NCBI GenBank assembly: GCA_037446635.1
Contig: JBBIIG010000019.1
Span: forward strand, 1 to 51,700
Source: a bacterium
GTDB lineage: Bacteria > Zhuqueibacterota > Zhuqueibacteria > Oceanimicrobiales > Oceanimicrobiaceae
Direction of reading: 5' to 3'
DNA: 51,700 nt
Shown here piece after piece: positions 1-8,970 of this stretch (its first letter is position 1; each line of letters opens with the position of its first letter). Below the pieces are notes generated by a model, which saw nothing but the letters and a program-made list of their open reading frames with translations, was not told where the DNA came from and searched no databases. Made by a program: the position numbers and the translations under genes.

Positions 1-463
1 AAAAAGGCAGAGCGTCTTCTTTGAAGAAATGCTCCGATTGCGTGGTGTCCAGATAAATGGTGCCGATGAAGTGATCTTTGGCGCGCAAGGGAACGCACAC
101 CACCGATTTGATTTTGTAGCGCAAGAGGCTGGTGCTGTGATCCACACCGCCGGTTTCTGGAACCTTTTGGAGCAAGACCGGCTTGCCTTCCTTTTCCACT
201 TTTTTGATGACGGAACGGCTGAGCGCAACGACATCCTGTATGGTTCGCTTATCCATCCAGCGCGCCACTTCCACCTGCAGCTCATCGCTTTTTTCATCCT
301 TCAGCAGTAACAATCCCTTTTCCGCGTGCAGCAATCCAATGGCCTGATCCATGATCTCTTCGAGCAGCTTTTTGTAATTCAACTGCGAGTTGATTTTCTT
401 GCTGACCTCGTAGAGGGCGTTGAGCTGCGCGTAGTTGATGGTGGGTTTCTGCTCGGTTATCAT
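1..463 (-). CDS. GAF-domain signalling protein, N-terminal part (runs off the window)
   Basis: Not in the ORF track. Manual translation from ATG at 463: MITEQKPTINYAQLNALYEVSKKINSQLNYKKLLEEIMDQAIGLLHAEKG...IKSVVCVPLRAKDHFIGTIYLD, a typical GAF pattern, open to position 1. Confidence 0.8.
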   Translation of the reverse strand, partial: MITEQKPTINYAQLNALYEVSKKINSQLNYKKLLEEIMDQAIGLLHAEKGLLLLKDEKSDELQVEVARWMDKRTIQDVVALSRSVIKKVEKEGKPVLLQKVPETGGVDHSTSLLRYKIKSVVCVPLRAKDHFIGTIYLDTTQSEHFFKEDALPF

Positions 464-492
464 AGCGATTTTTTATTGTCGAATTCGTGAAC

Positions 493-517
493 TCTCAAAG
501 CGGAGCTTTGAGTTACA
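493..517. repeat. REP-like palindrome family A (tctcaaagc-NNN-gctttgagttaca), copy 1
   Basis: Near-identical copies at 5604-5628 and, inverted, at 43158-43181; all intergenic. Confidence 0.75.
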
Positions 518-526
518 TTCCGTATG

Positions 527-1012
527 CTATGCAAACGCTTTTAGTATCTCCCGGTGCAGTCCCTGCAGATCGCTGTACGCCTTCTGGATTTCTTCGACTT
601 TCTTTTGCAGTTCGCGCATGAGTTTTTGTTTTTCCAATCCGTTGCGGATAACAATCTTCAGGTCGTCGTTGTTCCAGGGCTTTTCGATGTATTGAAACAA
701 CCCCACGTCGTTGATGGCTTTGATGGCGTTTTCTTTGTCGGCGTAACCGGTTAAGATGATGCGGGTGGCCTGCGGGTCGATTTCTTTCACTTTGGCGAGA
801 AACGTGATGCCGTCCATCTCGGGCATGAAGTAGTCGGAAATCACCAGGTCGATTTTGTGGCCATTTACATACTTGATCGCCTCTTTTGCAGAGGAGAAAG
901 TAACCACCTCATAATCGGTCTCCAATTCCAGGAATGATCTTAAGCTGGTGAGGATCATATCTTCATCATCGACGATCAAAATTCGCGACTTGGCGTTTTG
1001 TTCTTCTGGCAT
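527..1012 (-). CDS. Response regulator: receiver domain plus short coiled-coil tail, no output domain
   Basis: ILIVDDE, VISDYFMPEMDG, ILTGY and YIEKPW receiver motifs. Confidence 0.9.
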   Translation of the reverse strand: MPEEQNAKSRILIVDDEDMILTSLRSFLELETDYEVVTFSSAKEAIKYVNGHKIDLVISDYFMPEMDGITFLAKVKEIDPQATRIILTGYADKENAIKAINDVGLFQYIEKPWNNDDLKIVIRNGLEKQKLMRELQKKVEEIQKAYSDLQGLHREILKAFA

Positions 1013-1060
1013 TATCTCTCCTGCTTAAATTGATTCGATTTGTGTGAAGTCGTTGTCCGC

Positions 1061-1095
1061 AACCGTAGGGGCGATTCATGAATCGCCCTACGGTT
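1061..1095. repeat. GTAG-type REP palindrome
   Basis: aaccgtaggggcgattcatgaatcgccctacggtt; related copy at 25437-25466. Confidence 0.75.
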
Positions 1096-1118
1096 TACAG
1101 AGAAGGATTCAAGTTGTT

Positions 1119-1541
1119 TTACCCCACGCGCTCCACCAGCGCGCGCAATCGCCTTGCCAGCGACCGCAGCAGGGCTTCGGCGATGCGCACGTGATCGGAA
1201 AGCAGATCATAAAAATCTTCCCGGGAAATTTTCAGCCCTTCGGTCTCTTCAACGGCGGTGGCGGCGGCCACGCGCGGCTGGTTGTCGAACAGCGCCCAGG
1301 TGCCGAAGGCCTCGCGTGGGCCAATGACGCTGATCTCCTGGTGATCGCGGTGCAGCCGCACCTTGCCGCTGATGACCAGATAGAGGGCGTCGGCTGCTTC
1401 GTTGACGTCATAAATTTTCTCGCCTGCCCGGAATGTGACTTCCTCCGCAATCGCGGCTAAGTAGGCGAGATCTTCGGTGCGAACTTCCTTAAAGACATCG
1501 ATGTCCTGCAAAAAAATTACTTTTTCGATGATCGAATACAA
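1119..1541 (-). CDS. Stand-alone cyclic nucleotide-binding domain protein
   Basis: cNMP motifs LYLVISGKV and GPREAFGTWALFDNQPRVAAA; TTG start 1 nt after the upstream stop. Confidence 0.85.
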   Translation of the reverse strand: MYSIIEKVIFLQDIDVFKEVRTEDLAYLAAIAEEVTFRAGEKIYDVNEAADALYLVISGKVRLHRDHQEISVIGPREAFGTWALFDNQPRVAAATAVEETEGLKISREDFYDLLSDHVRIAEALLRSLARRLRALVERVG

Positions 1542-1542
1542 G

Positions 1543-4290
1543 TCATGCCTGATGCGTTAAGACAAAGTGCGCGGTTTCCTTCACCAAAGCATCCGGCTCG
1601 TTGAAGGCGCTTTCAATCAATGGGCGGAAGTCATTGACCAGATCCGCTTTCCAGATTTCGTAGAGGGCGCAGGATCGCAGCCAGGGGTCGCTGTCGCCGG
1701 CTAACTGTTCCAGCGCCTGCCGGCGGTTGGAGATGGCGACCTCGAGAAAGCCGTTGGCTCGTTGTAAAACCTCGTGCGCTGGCAGCTCCTCTACCACGGG
1801 CAAAAAAAATTGTTTGAGATCGTTTGAAATAATGTTGTCCAGGAATTCCACCGCGTTGGCGCGGATGAAGCGATTTGGACTGTTCGTGGCGGCGAACGCA
1901 TTATAAATATCGCGCGGCGGGTAGCGCAGCCCCAGCAGCCGAAAGGTGCGTTCGAGATGATCGTCCAGCCGTTCCTGAAGGGCGCGCGACAAAAGCGACG
2001 GCTGGGGGCCGCCGTCGTTGGCGGCGCACCAGGCCGCCAGCATGCGATAGTAATTTTTTAGCTCATGGTTGAGCGCCGCATCCACGCGATTGTCGAATCG
2101 GAGATCAGGATGATGCGCCCGCAATTTGTTTAGCGCTTTGATGATCTGATAGCGCAGGCGTTCATCCACTTCGAAAAGATTTTCCAATAAAGCATCCACG
2201 CAGCGCTGGTTGGGAATGAGATGCAGAACGCGCGGGATAGCGAGCCGAATTTCAATGGAGATCTCAGGATTTTTGAGATAGCCGATGAGTGTCTCAATGA
2301 TAGATTCCCCGTAAGCAGCGAGCGCCTCGCGCGTCGGTTTGCGGTAGTCGCGATGCCCCAAAAGCTGAATGAGAGCGGGAAGGAATTCCACTGCCTGCGT
2401 TTTGCCGGCGGCCTTGATGGCGCGCAGTTTAACCATTGGCTCATCGTCATCGAGCAAACGCTGCAGGTGCGGGTAGTAGGTTTTGTCGTTCAAAATTCCC
2501 AGTGCGTCCGCAAGATGGCTGCGGCTTTCGCGGTCGCCGCTCATGAACTTTTCCACTAATTGCGGCCGCAGCAGTTGCTCGGCTAATTCCGGCTTTTCGG
2601 CGATGTAATAGAGGGCCGCGCCGCGCAGTCCGCTGTTTTCATCGCCCAGCCATTCTTCCAGAATTTCGGTAGTGGACACATTGGAGTATTTGGCGTAGAG
2701 GCGCACGGCTTCGCGGCGAACGTTTTCGTCGCTGTCGCGCAGCAGGAGGCGCACATTGGGAATTACACTTTGGCTTTGACTATGATGACGCAGCAGTTTA
2801 AGGCTGAGCAGACGCACCTCTGCCGAAGGATGGGAAAGCAGTGGCTGCAGCGCCGGCGAAAGATCCACGCCTTCAACCGAATCTAATAGTTCCAGCGCGT
2901 ACACCACTTGGCGCTCGTTGCGGCTTGCCAACGAGGCGATCAGCGAATTGATGGTGGCCTCGTCTTTAATGGACACCGCCAGCGTATCGATATCGATGCG
3001 GCGCTTGTCCAGCGCCAAACGGAAGGAGTTGACATATTCGTGATAGGAGGCCACTGCGAACATCAACCAGAACGCGATCACCACAATGGTCATGAGGCTG
3101 ATATGAACGACGCTGACCCCCAGATAGGTGAAGAAAAACCAAAGCAGCACGCCGCCCAGCCCGCGGGCGAATTTTTCCACAAACATATCTACAAAAGCTT
3201 TGGTTTTCTTTTTGATTTCAGTTGGAATGGGGAGGTAAAGCAGCTCGGTGCCAACTTTGTTAATGGAATGGCGGAACGCGCCGTCGCCAATTTTTATCGT
3301 CAACACCGAAAACAGGCCGTAATTTACGAGAACAAAAACCGAACCCAGCAGCAGCGAAATCGGCAGAAACAACACGGTCGCCAACACCCCAAAGCGCTTG
3401 ATGATGATGTTGGCGAACAGAACCTGAAACAGCAGCGCCGCGATGCTGAGATTGGAAACCCAGAATCCTAAGAATTCAGTGAGATCGTCGGCGTTTTTGT
3501 TGACCTCGCCGGCGTAAACCGTAAATTGAAAGTCGGCGATTTGCACGCAGATGAAAGTGCAAGCCACCACGCCAATCAGGAGAGCGAGATGACGCGAGCG
3601 GCGAATGACCTGGATGACGTCGCCCACAATTCGCAGCGAGTTTTCCGATTCGCCGGTCGAGGTTCTTTTGGCCGAATCTGAAGCGTGCAGACGCACCTGC
3701 CACGCCAGATTCATCAGCAGGGCTGCCAGGCCCAGCAATCCCATGCAGACAAACGCCAGGTTAGGAGTTCCGCCGATGAGTGCCACTAAAAAGCTCGCGG
3801 CGTAACCGCCGGCAATGCCGCCGATGATGGCGCTGATAGTGAGCAGGGGATAAAGCCGTTTGGCTTCGCGGGCGTTAAAAAGATAGTTGGCGAGCAACCA
3901 GAACTGAGTGGTAGTGAGCACTCCAAAAAGACTCGACCAAATAAATAGCGAGTAGTAGAGCGCCGATGATTCTACATGGCGAATTAGCAGAAACCAGAAC
4001 AACAACAGATTGCTGATTAAAAAAAAGCAGGTGCCGTTAATCAAACGATCCAAACGCAGGCGGTTTGCAAACTGCAAGTAAATCATGACCACGACGCCGC
4101 CCACTAACGCTACCATGATGTATAATTTCGGCAGCTCATGCACGCCGGAATTCACCACGAACAGCGACCGCGACATGGGCTTCAAAATATTGTGGGCGGC
4201 GATGATCACGAACAGATAACCGGCCATGATGGCGGTGCGTTTCAGCTCGCCCTCGCGGATGTCAAGCGCTTTTTGGAAAATGGAGGTCAT
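1543..4290 (-). CDS. Npt1/Npt2 (TLC, ATP/ADP translocase-like) MFS transporter fused to HEAT repeats
   Basis: About 12 hydrophobic segments with ILKPMSRSLF and QFWLLANYLFNAREAKRLYP motifs, then HEAT-like repeats; ATG at 4290 follows GAGGA. Confidence 0.85.
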   Translation of the reverse strand: MTSIFQKALDIREGELKRTAIMAGYLFVIIAAHNILKPMSRSLFVVNSGVHELPKLYIMVALVGGVVVMIYLQFANRLRLDRLINGTCFFLISNLLLFWFLLIRHVESSALYYSLFIWSSLFGVLTTTQFWLLANYLFNAREAKRLYPLLTISAIIGGIAGGYAASFLVALIGGTPNLAFVCMGLLGLAALLMNLAWQVRLHASDSAKRTSTGESENSLRIVGDVIQVIRRSRHLALLIGVVACTFICVQIADFQFTVYAGEVNKNADDLTEFLGFWVSNLSIAALLFQVLFANIIIKRFGVLATVLFLPISLLLGSVFVLVNYGLFSVLTIKIGDGAFRHSINKVGTELLYLPIPTEIKKKTKAFVDMFVEKFARGLGGVLLWFFFTYLGVSVVHISLMTIVVIAFWLMFAVASYHEYVNSFRLALDKRRIDIDTLAVSIKDEATINSLIASLASRNERQVVYALELLDSVEGVDLSPALQPLLSHPSAEVRLLSLKLLRHHSQSQSVIPNVRLLLRDSDENVRREAVRLYAKYSNVSTTEILEEWLGDENSGLRGAALYYIAEKPELAEQLLRPQLVEKFMSGDRESRSHLADALGILNDKTYYPHLQRLLDDDEPMVKLRAIKAAGKTQAVEFLPALIQLLGHRDYRKPTREALAAYGESIIETLIGYLKNPEISIEIRLAIPRVLHLIPNQRCVDALLENLFEVDERLRYQIIKALNKLRAHHPDLRFDNRVDAALNHELKNYYRMLAAWCAANDGGPQPSLLSRALQERLDDHLERTFRLLGLRYPPRDIYNAFAATNSPNRFIRANAVEFLDNIISNDLKQFFLPVVEELPAHEVLQRANGFLEVAISNRRQALEQLAGDSDPWLRSCALYEIWKADLVNDFRPLIESAFNEPDALVKETAHFVLTHQA

Positions 4291-4314
4291 CCGGTTCCTC
4301 AAATAAAGTTTCCC

Positions 4315-4343
4315 AATATAAAGAACAGGGCCATTTTTGTCAA
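4315..4343 (-). promoter_or_regulatory. Sigma70-type promoter for the Npt1-HEAT operon
   Basis: TTGACA-17-TATATT on the minus strand. Confidence 0.65.
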
Positions 4344-4365
4344 CGAGTTTTTGGGGGCGTAAATC

Positions 4366-4394
4366 TTGACATTTCTTGTGGTTTTAGATATTTT
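4366..4394 (+). promoter_or_regulatory. Sigma70-type promoter pointing into an ORF-free spacer
   Basis: TTGACA-17-TATTTT on the plus strand, back-to-back with the 4315-4343 promoter. Confidence 0.5.
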
Positions 4395-4458
4395 GACGTT
4401 GAGTAATTTTGCTCAACGCATTGAGGACAGTCTATTACCTGGGGGACGAGTAAGAAAC

Positions 4459-4492
4459 AAAACCCCGAAGTCTTAAAGAGACTCCGGGGTTT
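4459..4492. terminator. Hairpin: terminator of the aminopeptidase gene or REP-like element
   Basis: aaaaccccgaagtcttaaagagactccggggttt with A/T flanks. Confidence 0.55.
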
Positions 4493-4515
4493 GAACGCTC
4501 AAGAAATGGCCGTCG

Positions 4516-5553
4516 TTAATTAACCGACACCACGTCTTCCAAAATCAAAAACTTCCCGTCTTTCATCACCTGTTCACCATCCAGCCAGAAATCGAAATCG
4601 CGGCCCACGCAATCGATGTGGGTGGAGGAGTACCACTGCTGGCCGGTGTGCTCGCAATAGGGGTGCCCAAACGCGATGTGAATGCCGGGGATTTTCTCGT
4701 CTTGCAGAATATTCCCGATGATGTCTTTCACCGCGAGGTTGGTGCCGATGGCAAACTCGCCCACGCGATTACTGTTTTCATCGGTGCGGGTGTAATTGGC
4801 AAAATCGTCCAACAGCTCTTTGTTGTCGCATTGCAGACTGGTGATGCGCGAATTTTCGATTTCAATAAACAGCGGCGTGTTTTTGAGGTCGCCGTATTTG
4901 TGGCAGAGATAGTCGCCAACGACGCCGTCCACCACGAACTGGCCGTTCAAATTGTAGGGAGAAGTAAACACTTCGCCGCCGGGTAAATTTGCCCATTTAT
5001 CGCGCGAGATGATGCCGCTGGTTTTCACCCATTTTAATTCGGGAGAGAATTCAACTTCGATGTTGGTGCCACTTTTGGTGACGGCGTGCAGAGAATGGGC
5101 TTTGCGCGCCTTTTGAATGATCTGCTGGCTGAGCGCATCCACCTGCCAGAAATCGGCGCGCATTCCCTGGGTCATGATCTGCTTGGTGATGTTCACCATG
5201 TGGCCGTGGCGGATTTTATTTTTGTTGATGACGTTCATCATTTGCATGCGCGTCTTCAACTCGCCCACGCGCGCCAGCGCGGTATAAATGCTCACTTGCG
5301 ATTTTTCAAGATCGGCGAGAATCTCCGCGGGCATCTCGGAGCATGGGCGAGTGCAGAAGTTTTCCAAAACAAACACATTCGCTTCGGCGCCAGTCTTTTT
5401 GATTTCGTTCATCAGCGCTGCCGCCACTTCGAGCGAATCGTTATCGGCAATCACCGTGATGCGTTCCTCCGGCTGCAGCTGCAAGCAAACGTCGATGGCG
5501 TTGTGGGCGCCTTCGCGCAGGCTCGGATCAAATTCTATGTTATCCAAGTTCAT
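4516..5553 (-). CDS. Aminopeptidase, thermophilic metalloprotease (M29) family
   Basis: NLPGGEVFTSP, VGEFAIGTN, LQDEKIPGIHIAFG and STHID motifs. Confidence 0.85.
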   Translation of the reverse strand: MNLDNIEFDPSLREGAHNAIDVCLQLQPEERITVIADNDSLEVAAALMNEIKKTGAEANVFVLENFCTRPCSEMPAEILADLEKSQVSIYTALARVGELKTRMQMMNVINKNKIRHGHMVNITKQIMTQGMRADFWQVDALSQQIIQKARKAHSLHAVTKSGTNIEVEFSPELKWVKTSGIISRDKWANLPGGEVFTSPYNLNGQFVVDGVVGDYLCHKYGDLKNTPLFIEIENSRITSLQCDNKELLDDFANYTRTDENSNRVGEFAIGTNLAVKDIIGNILQDEKIPGIHIAFGHPYCEHTGQQWYSSTHIDCVGRDFDFWLDGEQVMKDGKFLILEDVVSVN

Positions 5554-5584
5554 ACTTCTTCCTTATGTTTCGTGCTTCGGGTGC

Positions 5585-5654
5585 TGGAGTCATGGAGTTT
5601 GCATCTCAAAGCTGAGCTTTGAGTTACATTAATCCATTAATCCAATACTCCATC
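5585..5654. repeat. Family A palindrome (5604-5628) nested in inverted 8-mer repeats
   Basis: tggagtca tggagttt ... ttaatcca ttaatcca atactcca. Confidence 0.65.
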
Positions 5655-5655
5655 G

Positions 5656-6774
5656 TCAGGCCGGCAACCCTCTGTGCGTCTCGTCGATAATATAATCGAC
5701 CACTTTTCGAAAATCCTTTGTCTTTTCCCAAACCGCCAGTTGCCGGTCGGCGCCGCTGCCCATGTTTTTGATCTCATAAAAATAGTGGATCTCTTCCCGG
5801 CAATTCAGATCGTCCACCACGTCCTCCACGAATTCCACCAACTCATCCAACAGATTAACTACCGGCACTTCTTCCTGTTTGCCAAAATCGATGAGTTTTC
5901 CCTGGATGCCGTAGCGGCTGGCGCGGAAACGGTTCTCCATGATCAGCGCCCGGCGATAGAGCCGAAAGCCGAGGTTCTGTTTGATGAGCTTGTGCAGCTT
6001 CGCCACTACTGCCTGAAACATCGCGGCGATGGCAATACTCTCATCAACTCGCAGCGGCACGTCGCAGATGCGGAATTCCAGCGTGTCGAAATGGGGATGG
6101 AGCCGGATGTCCCACCAGATCTTTTTGCCATTATCGATGCAATTGGTTTTGACCAGCAGCTTGATGAAGTTGTCGTACTCGGAAATGCTGTTGAAATAAT
6201 CAGGAATTCCTGTTCGCGGAAAGCGATCAAATACTTTGATGCGGTACGATTTGAAGCCGGTGTTGCGGCCAATCCAGAACGGCGAGTTCGTGGAGAACGC
6301 CAGCACGTGCGGCAGGAAATAGCGCGCGGCGTTGAGAATGTGAATGCCAGTCTCGCGGTCATCGATGCCGACGTGCACGTGCAGCCCGAAGATGAGATTG
6401 GCGCGCGCAATCATCTGCATATCCTCGACGATGGTGTGATAGCGCGGGTCGTCGGTGATGGGCTGATCCATCCAGTGCGAAAACGGGTGCGTGCCCGCGG
6501 CCGCGATGCGCAGGCCATATTCCTTCGCCCAATTTGCTAATTGCGTCCGCAGATAAATCACTTCCTGCCTCGCCTCTTTGATGTTGCAACACACTTTGGT
6601 GCCGACCTCCACCACGGACTGGTGCATTTCTTTTTTGACGACGTCTTTCAAAGCCTCGTGGCTGTCTTTGTCCTTGAGCATCTGATGAATATGCGCCTTG
6701 AGCTCGCGGCTTTCGGGATCGACAATTTGAAATTCCTCTTCGATGCCGAGGGTGAATAATTTTTTGGCTTCCAT
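5656..6774 (-). CDS. Carboxylate-amine ligase (YbdK / glutamate-cysteine ligase GCS2 family)
   Basis: FTLGIEEEFQIVD, AAGTHPF, FGLHVHVG, IWWDIRLHP and TLEFRICD motifs. Confidence 0.92.
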   Translation of the reverse strand: MEAKKLFTLGIEEEFQIVDPESRELKAHIHQMLKDKDSHEALKDVVKKEMHQSVVEVGTKVCCNIKEARQEVIYLRTQLANWAKEYGLRIAAAGTHPFSHWMDQPITDDPRYHTIVEDMQMIARANLIFGLHVHVGIDDRETGIHILNAARYFLPHVLAFSTNSPFWIGRNTGFKSYRIKVFDRFPRTGIPDYFNSISEYDNFIKLLVKTNCIDNGKKIWWDIRLHPHFDTLEFRICDVPLRVDESIAIAAMFQAVVAKLHKLIKQNLGFRLYRRALIMENRFRASRYGIQGKLIDFGKQEEVPVVNLLDELVEFVEDVVDDLNCREEIHYFYEIKNMGSGADRQLAVWEKTKDFRKVVDYIIDETHRGLPA

Positions 6775-6891
6775 AATCAACTCTCGCTTGCTATTTTGAA
6801 TTCCTGAATTTTGACTGCTCGGTACCGTGGTGGGTGGAGAAATTTCATAAAAATCTGGAACAATAGCAATATTTTTTCTTTGGGTTAAAAC

Positions 6892-6926
6892 AAAAAATCC
6901 TCGACTGTTATTTAACAGCCGAGGAT
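6892..6926 (-). terminator. Rho-independent terminator after the CBS gene
   Basis: atcctcggctgttaaataacagtcgaggat followed by a T-run on the minus strand. Confidence 0.7.
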
Positions 6927-6950
6927 GCTTGTTTTGAAAGAAGATCGATC

Positions 6951-7430
6951 TTACTGCGCGTATTCGCGGATCGCCTTCAGCATATCGAGGGTGGTGACGA
7001 TGCCCACGACTTTATCATCGCGGGTGACAATCAAACGGTGGATGCGGCCGCCAATCATGGCGTCGGCCATTTCGGAGATAGGAGTGTCTTCGGAGACTTT
7101 GAAAATGATGGGGGTCATAATATCGCGCACCGTCAGGTCTTCGCCGGCTTCCACATGAAACATGTCGATCTCATCGATGCTAAGTTGATCTTCCCAGCCA
7201 TGCAAATAGTAGGAAGAAACGTTATCCTGCACGATGGCCGCGCGGTGGGCCTCGTTGCGGACGATATCGGAGGCGGAGACCACGCCCACTAACTGGCCTT
7301 TCTTGTTGACCACCGGCGCGCCGGTGATCATTTTGTCGGTGAGGAGGTTGGCGAGGTCGCGGATGGGCATATCTTCCCGCACCGTGATGACATCCGCATT
7401 CATAATATCCCTTGCCGTCAGCCGCTTCAT
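6951..7430 (-). CDS. CBS-pair domain protein
   Basis: TARDIMN, GAPVV, LVGVVSASDI, TVRDIMT and VGIVTTLDML; ATG at 7430 follows AGGAG. Confidence 0.9.
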   Translation of the reverse strand: MKRLTARDIMNADVITVREDMPIRDLANLLTDKMITGAPVVNKKGQLVGVVSASDIVRNEAHRAAIVQDNVSSYYLHGWEDQLSIDEIDMFHVEAGEDLTVRDIMTPIIFKVSEDTPISEMADAMIGGRIHRLIVTRDDKVVGIVTTLDMLKAIREYAQ

Positions 7431-7456
7431 AGGATTTCTCCTCCTGAAATTAAATC

Positions 7457-8128
7457 TCAAGTACTACCGGACTTCGCTTCGGTCAAAGAAAAACGCACCG
7501 GGATGGACACCCACACTTTGACGGCTTTGTCACGCTGCTTGGCCGGTTTCCACTTCATCATCATGACGGCCGCCTGCGCTGCTTCCTCGAAGCCCACCTT
7601 CATTCCCGATTCTTTTAACACTTGCGTTTTTACCGAGTTGCCTTTTTCATCAATCAGCACTCCCACAACCACCAATCCCTGAACGCCGGCCTTTCTGGCA
7701 ATTTCCGGATATTTCAGGTTTTTGCGAATGGTCTCATAGCCGCCAATGGGAACCGGCGGTTCATCATAGGGAATGAACACGTAATTTTCATATTCATCGC
7801 TGACCGGTGGAGGCGGCGGTGGTGGAATCTCCGATAAATCCAATTCGGTGGTTTCAATGGTCACGTCTTCCGGAACATCCTCGCTTTCGGTTGGAATGGG
7901 CACAGAAGGCCGGCCGGGGGGCGGCGCCTGCTTAAGTTGCTCAGTCGGCGGAATGTCTTCGATTTTGATTTGAACGATTTCCGTTTTGATATCTCTGGGC
8001 GCCGTCTCGAAATTCGGCAGCGCATGAAATGCAAACAACATGATCAGCAGGGAAATGGCCAAAGCGAGCTCAAAGGTTTTGCGGTATTGCAGTCTTAAAT
8101 CAGCTTCTGGGCGCTTGCGGTTAATCAT
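7457..8128 (-). CDS. tonB: Energy transducer TonB
   Basis: N-terminal TM, Pro-rich linker, C-terminal YPEIARKAGVQGLVVV...WKPAKQ...PVRF domain. Confidence 0.9.
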   Translation of the reverse strand: MINRKRPEADLRLQYRKTFELALAISLLIMLFAFHALPNFETAPRDIKTEIVQIKIEDIPPTEQLKQAPPPGRPSVPIPTESEDVPEDVTIETTELDLSEIPPPPPPPVSDEYENYVFIPYDEPPVPIGGYETIRKNLKYPEIARKAGVQGLVVVGVLIDEKGNSVKTQVLKESGMKVGFEEAAQAAVMMMKWKPAKQRDKAVKVWVSIPVRFSLTEAKSGST

Positions 8129-8183
8129 GGTCGTTCACCTCCAGTATTTTTAAAGGATAACGCTGGTGACCGACTAATGATTT

Positions 8184-8199
8184 GGCAAAGGCTATACCA
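8184..8199 (-). promoter_or_regulatory. Sigma54 (-24/-12) promoter upstream of tonB
   Basis: TGGTATAGCCTTTGCC, GG-N10-GC spacing. Confidence 0.6.
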
Positions 8200-8378
8200 A
8201 AACCATACTCATAAAACTGCGAAACAGTAAGTTAATGATAAATTATGACCTTAGGAAAATACAAAGAGCCGCCCGAGATCTGAAAGAAAAATAGATTCTA
8301 TTGAAAATGAGAATCGTCTGCTTTCTTGTTCTTATTTTTAGGAATAGAGATTTTATAATAGAGGCTTGGTGGTTGGTT

Positions 8379-8798
8379 TTATTCACCGATGATCTTTACC
8401 AGCACGCGCTTTTTGCGGCGGCCGTCAAACTCGGCGTAGAAGATTTGCTCCCACGGGCCAAAGTCCAATTTGCCATTGGTGATAGCTACCACAACTTCGC
8501 GGCCCATGATTTGTCGCTTGAGATGGGCATCGGCGTTGTCTTCGCCGGTGCGGTTGTGGCGGTAATGCGAGACAGGTTCGTGCGGGGCTAACTTTTCCAG
8601 CCAATTGTCATAATCCTGAATAAGACCACTTTCGGCGTCGTTGATATAAACGCTGGCAGTGATGTGCATGGCATTAACCAGACACAGACCCTCTTTGACC
8701 CCACTCTTTCGTACCAGTTCTTCAACTTTGTCGGTGATGTTAATATAATCGCGGCGGTTGGGCGTGTTAAACCAGAGATATTCAGTTAGAGATTTCAT
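8379..8798 (-). CDS. yjbQ: YjbQ / UPF0047 family protein (secondary thiamine-phosphate synthase)
   Basis: [20 protein letters not shown] and [13 protein letters not shown] motifs. Confidence 0.9.
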   Translation of the reverse strand: MKSLTEYLWFNTPNRRDYINITDKVEELVRKSGVKEGLCLVNAMHITASVYINDAESGLIQDYDNWLEKLAPHEPVSHYRHNRTGEDNADAHLKRQIMGREVVVAITNGKLDFGPWEQIFYAEFDGRRKKRVLVKIIGE

Positions 8799-8813
8799 TG
8801 GGACTCAACTGGT

Positions 8814-8907
8814 AAAAAAAAGAGGCCGTCCTGATGATATGTTGTCTCCCACAAAAAGGCAGGTAAAAAAGAAGGATGGAAAAAATAAAAAAAGCATCAG
8901 AACGGCC
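8814..8907 (-). ncRNA. Candidate small RNA or attenuator leader of about 94 nt
   Basis: 5' GGCCGUUCUGAUG pairs with 3' CAUCAGGACGGCC, followed by UC and a U8 run; starts 5 nt after an extended -10. Confidence 0.5.
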
Positions 8908-8912
8908 ATGTA

Positions 8913-8942
8913 ATTATACCAAAATTTTGCCATTCAGTTCAA
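8913..8942 (-). promoter_or_regulatory. Sigma70 promoter with extended -10
   Basis: TTGAAC-18-TATAAT with TGn before TATAAT and an A/T-rich upstream tract. Confidence 0.7.
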
Positions 8943-8970
8943 GCTTTTTTTAAAAAATTTTTTGAAATTT

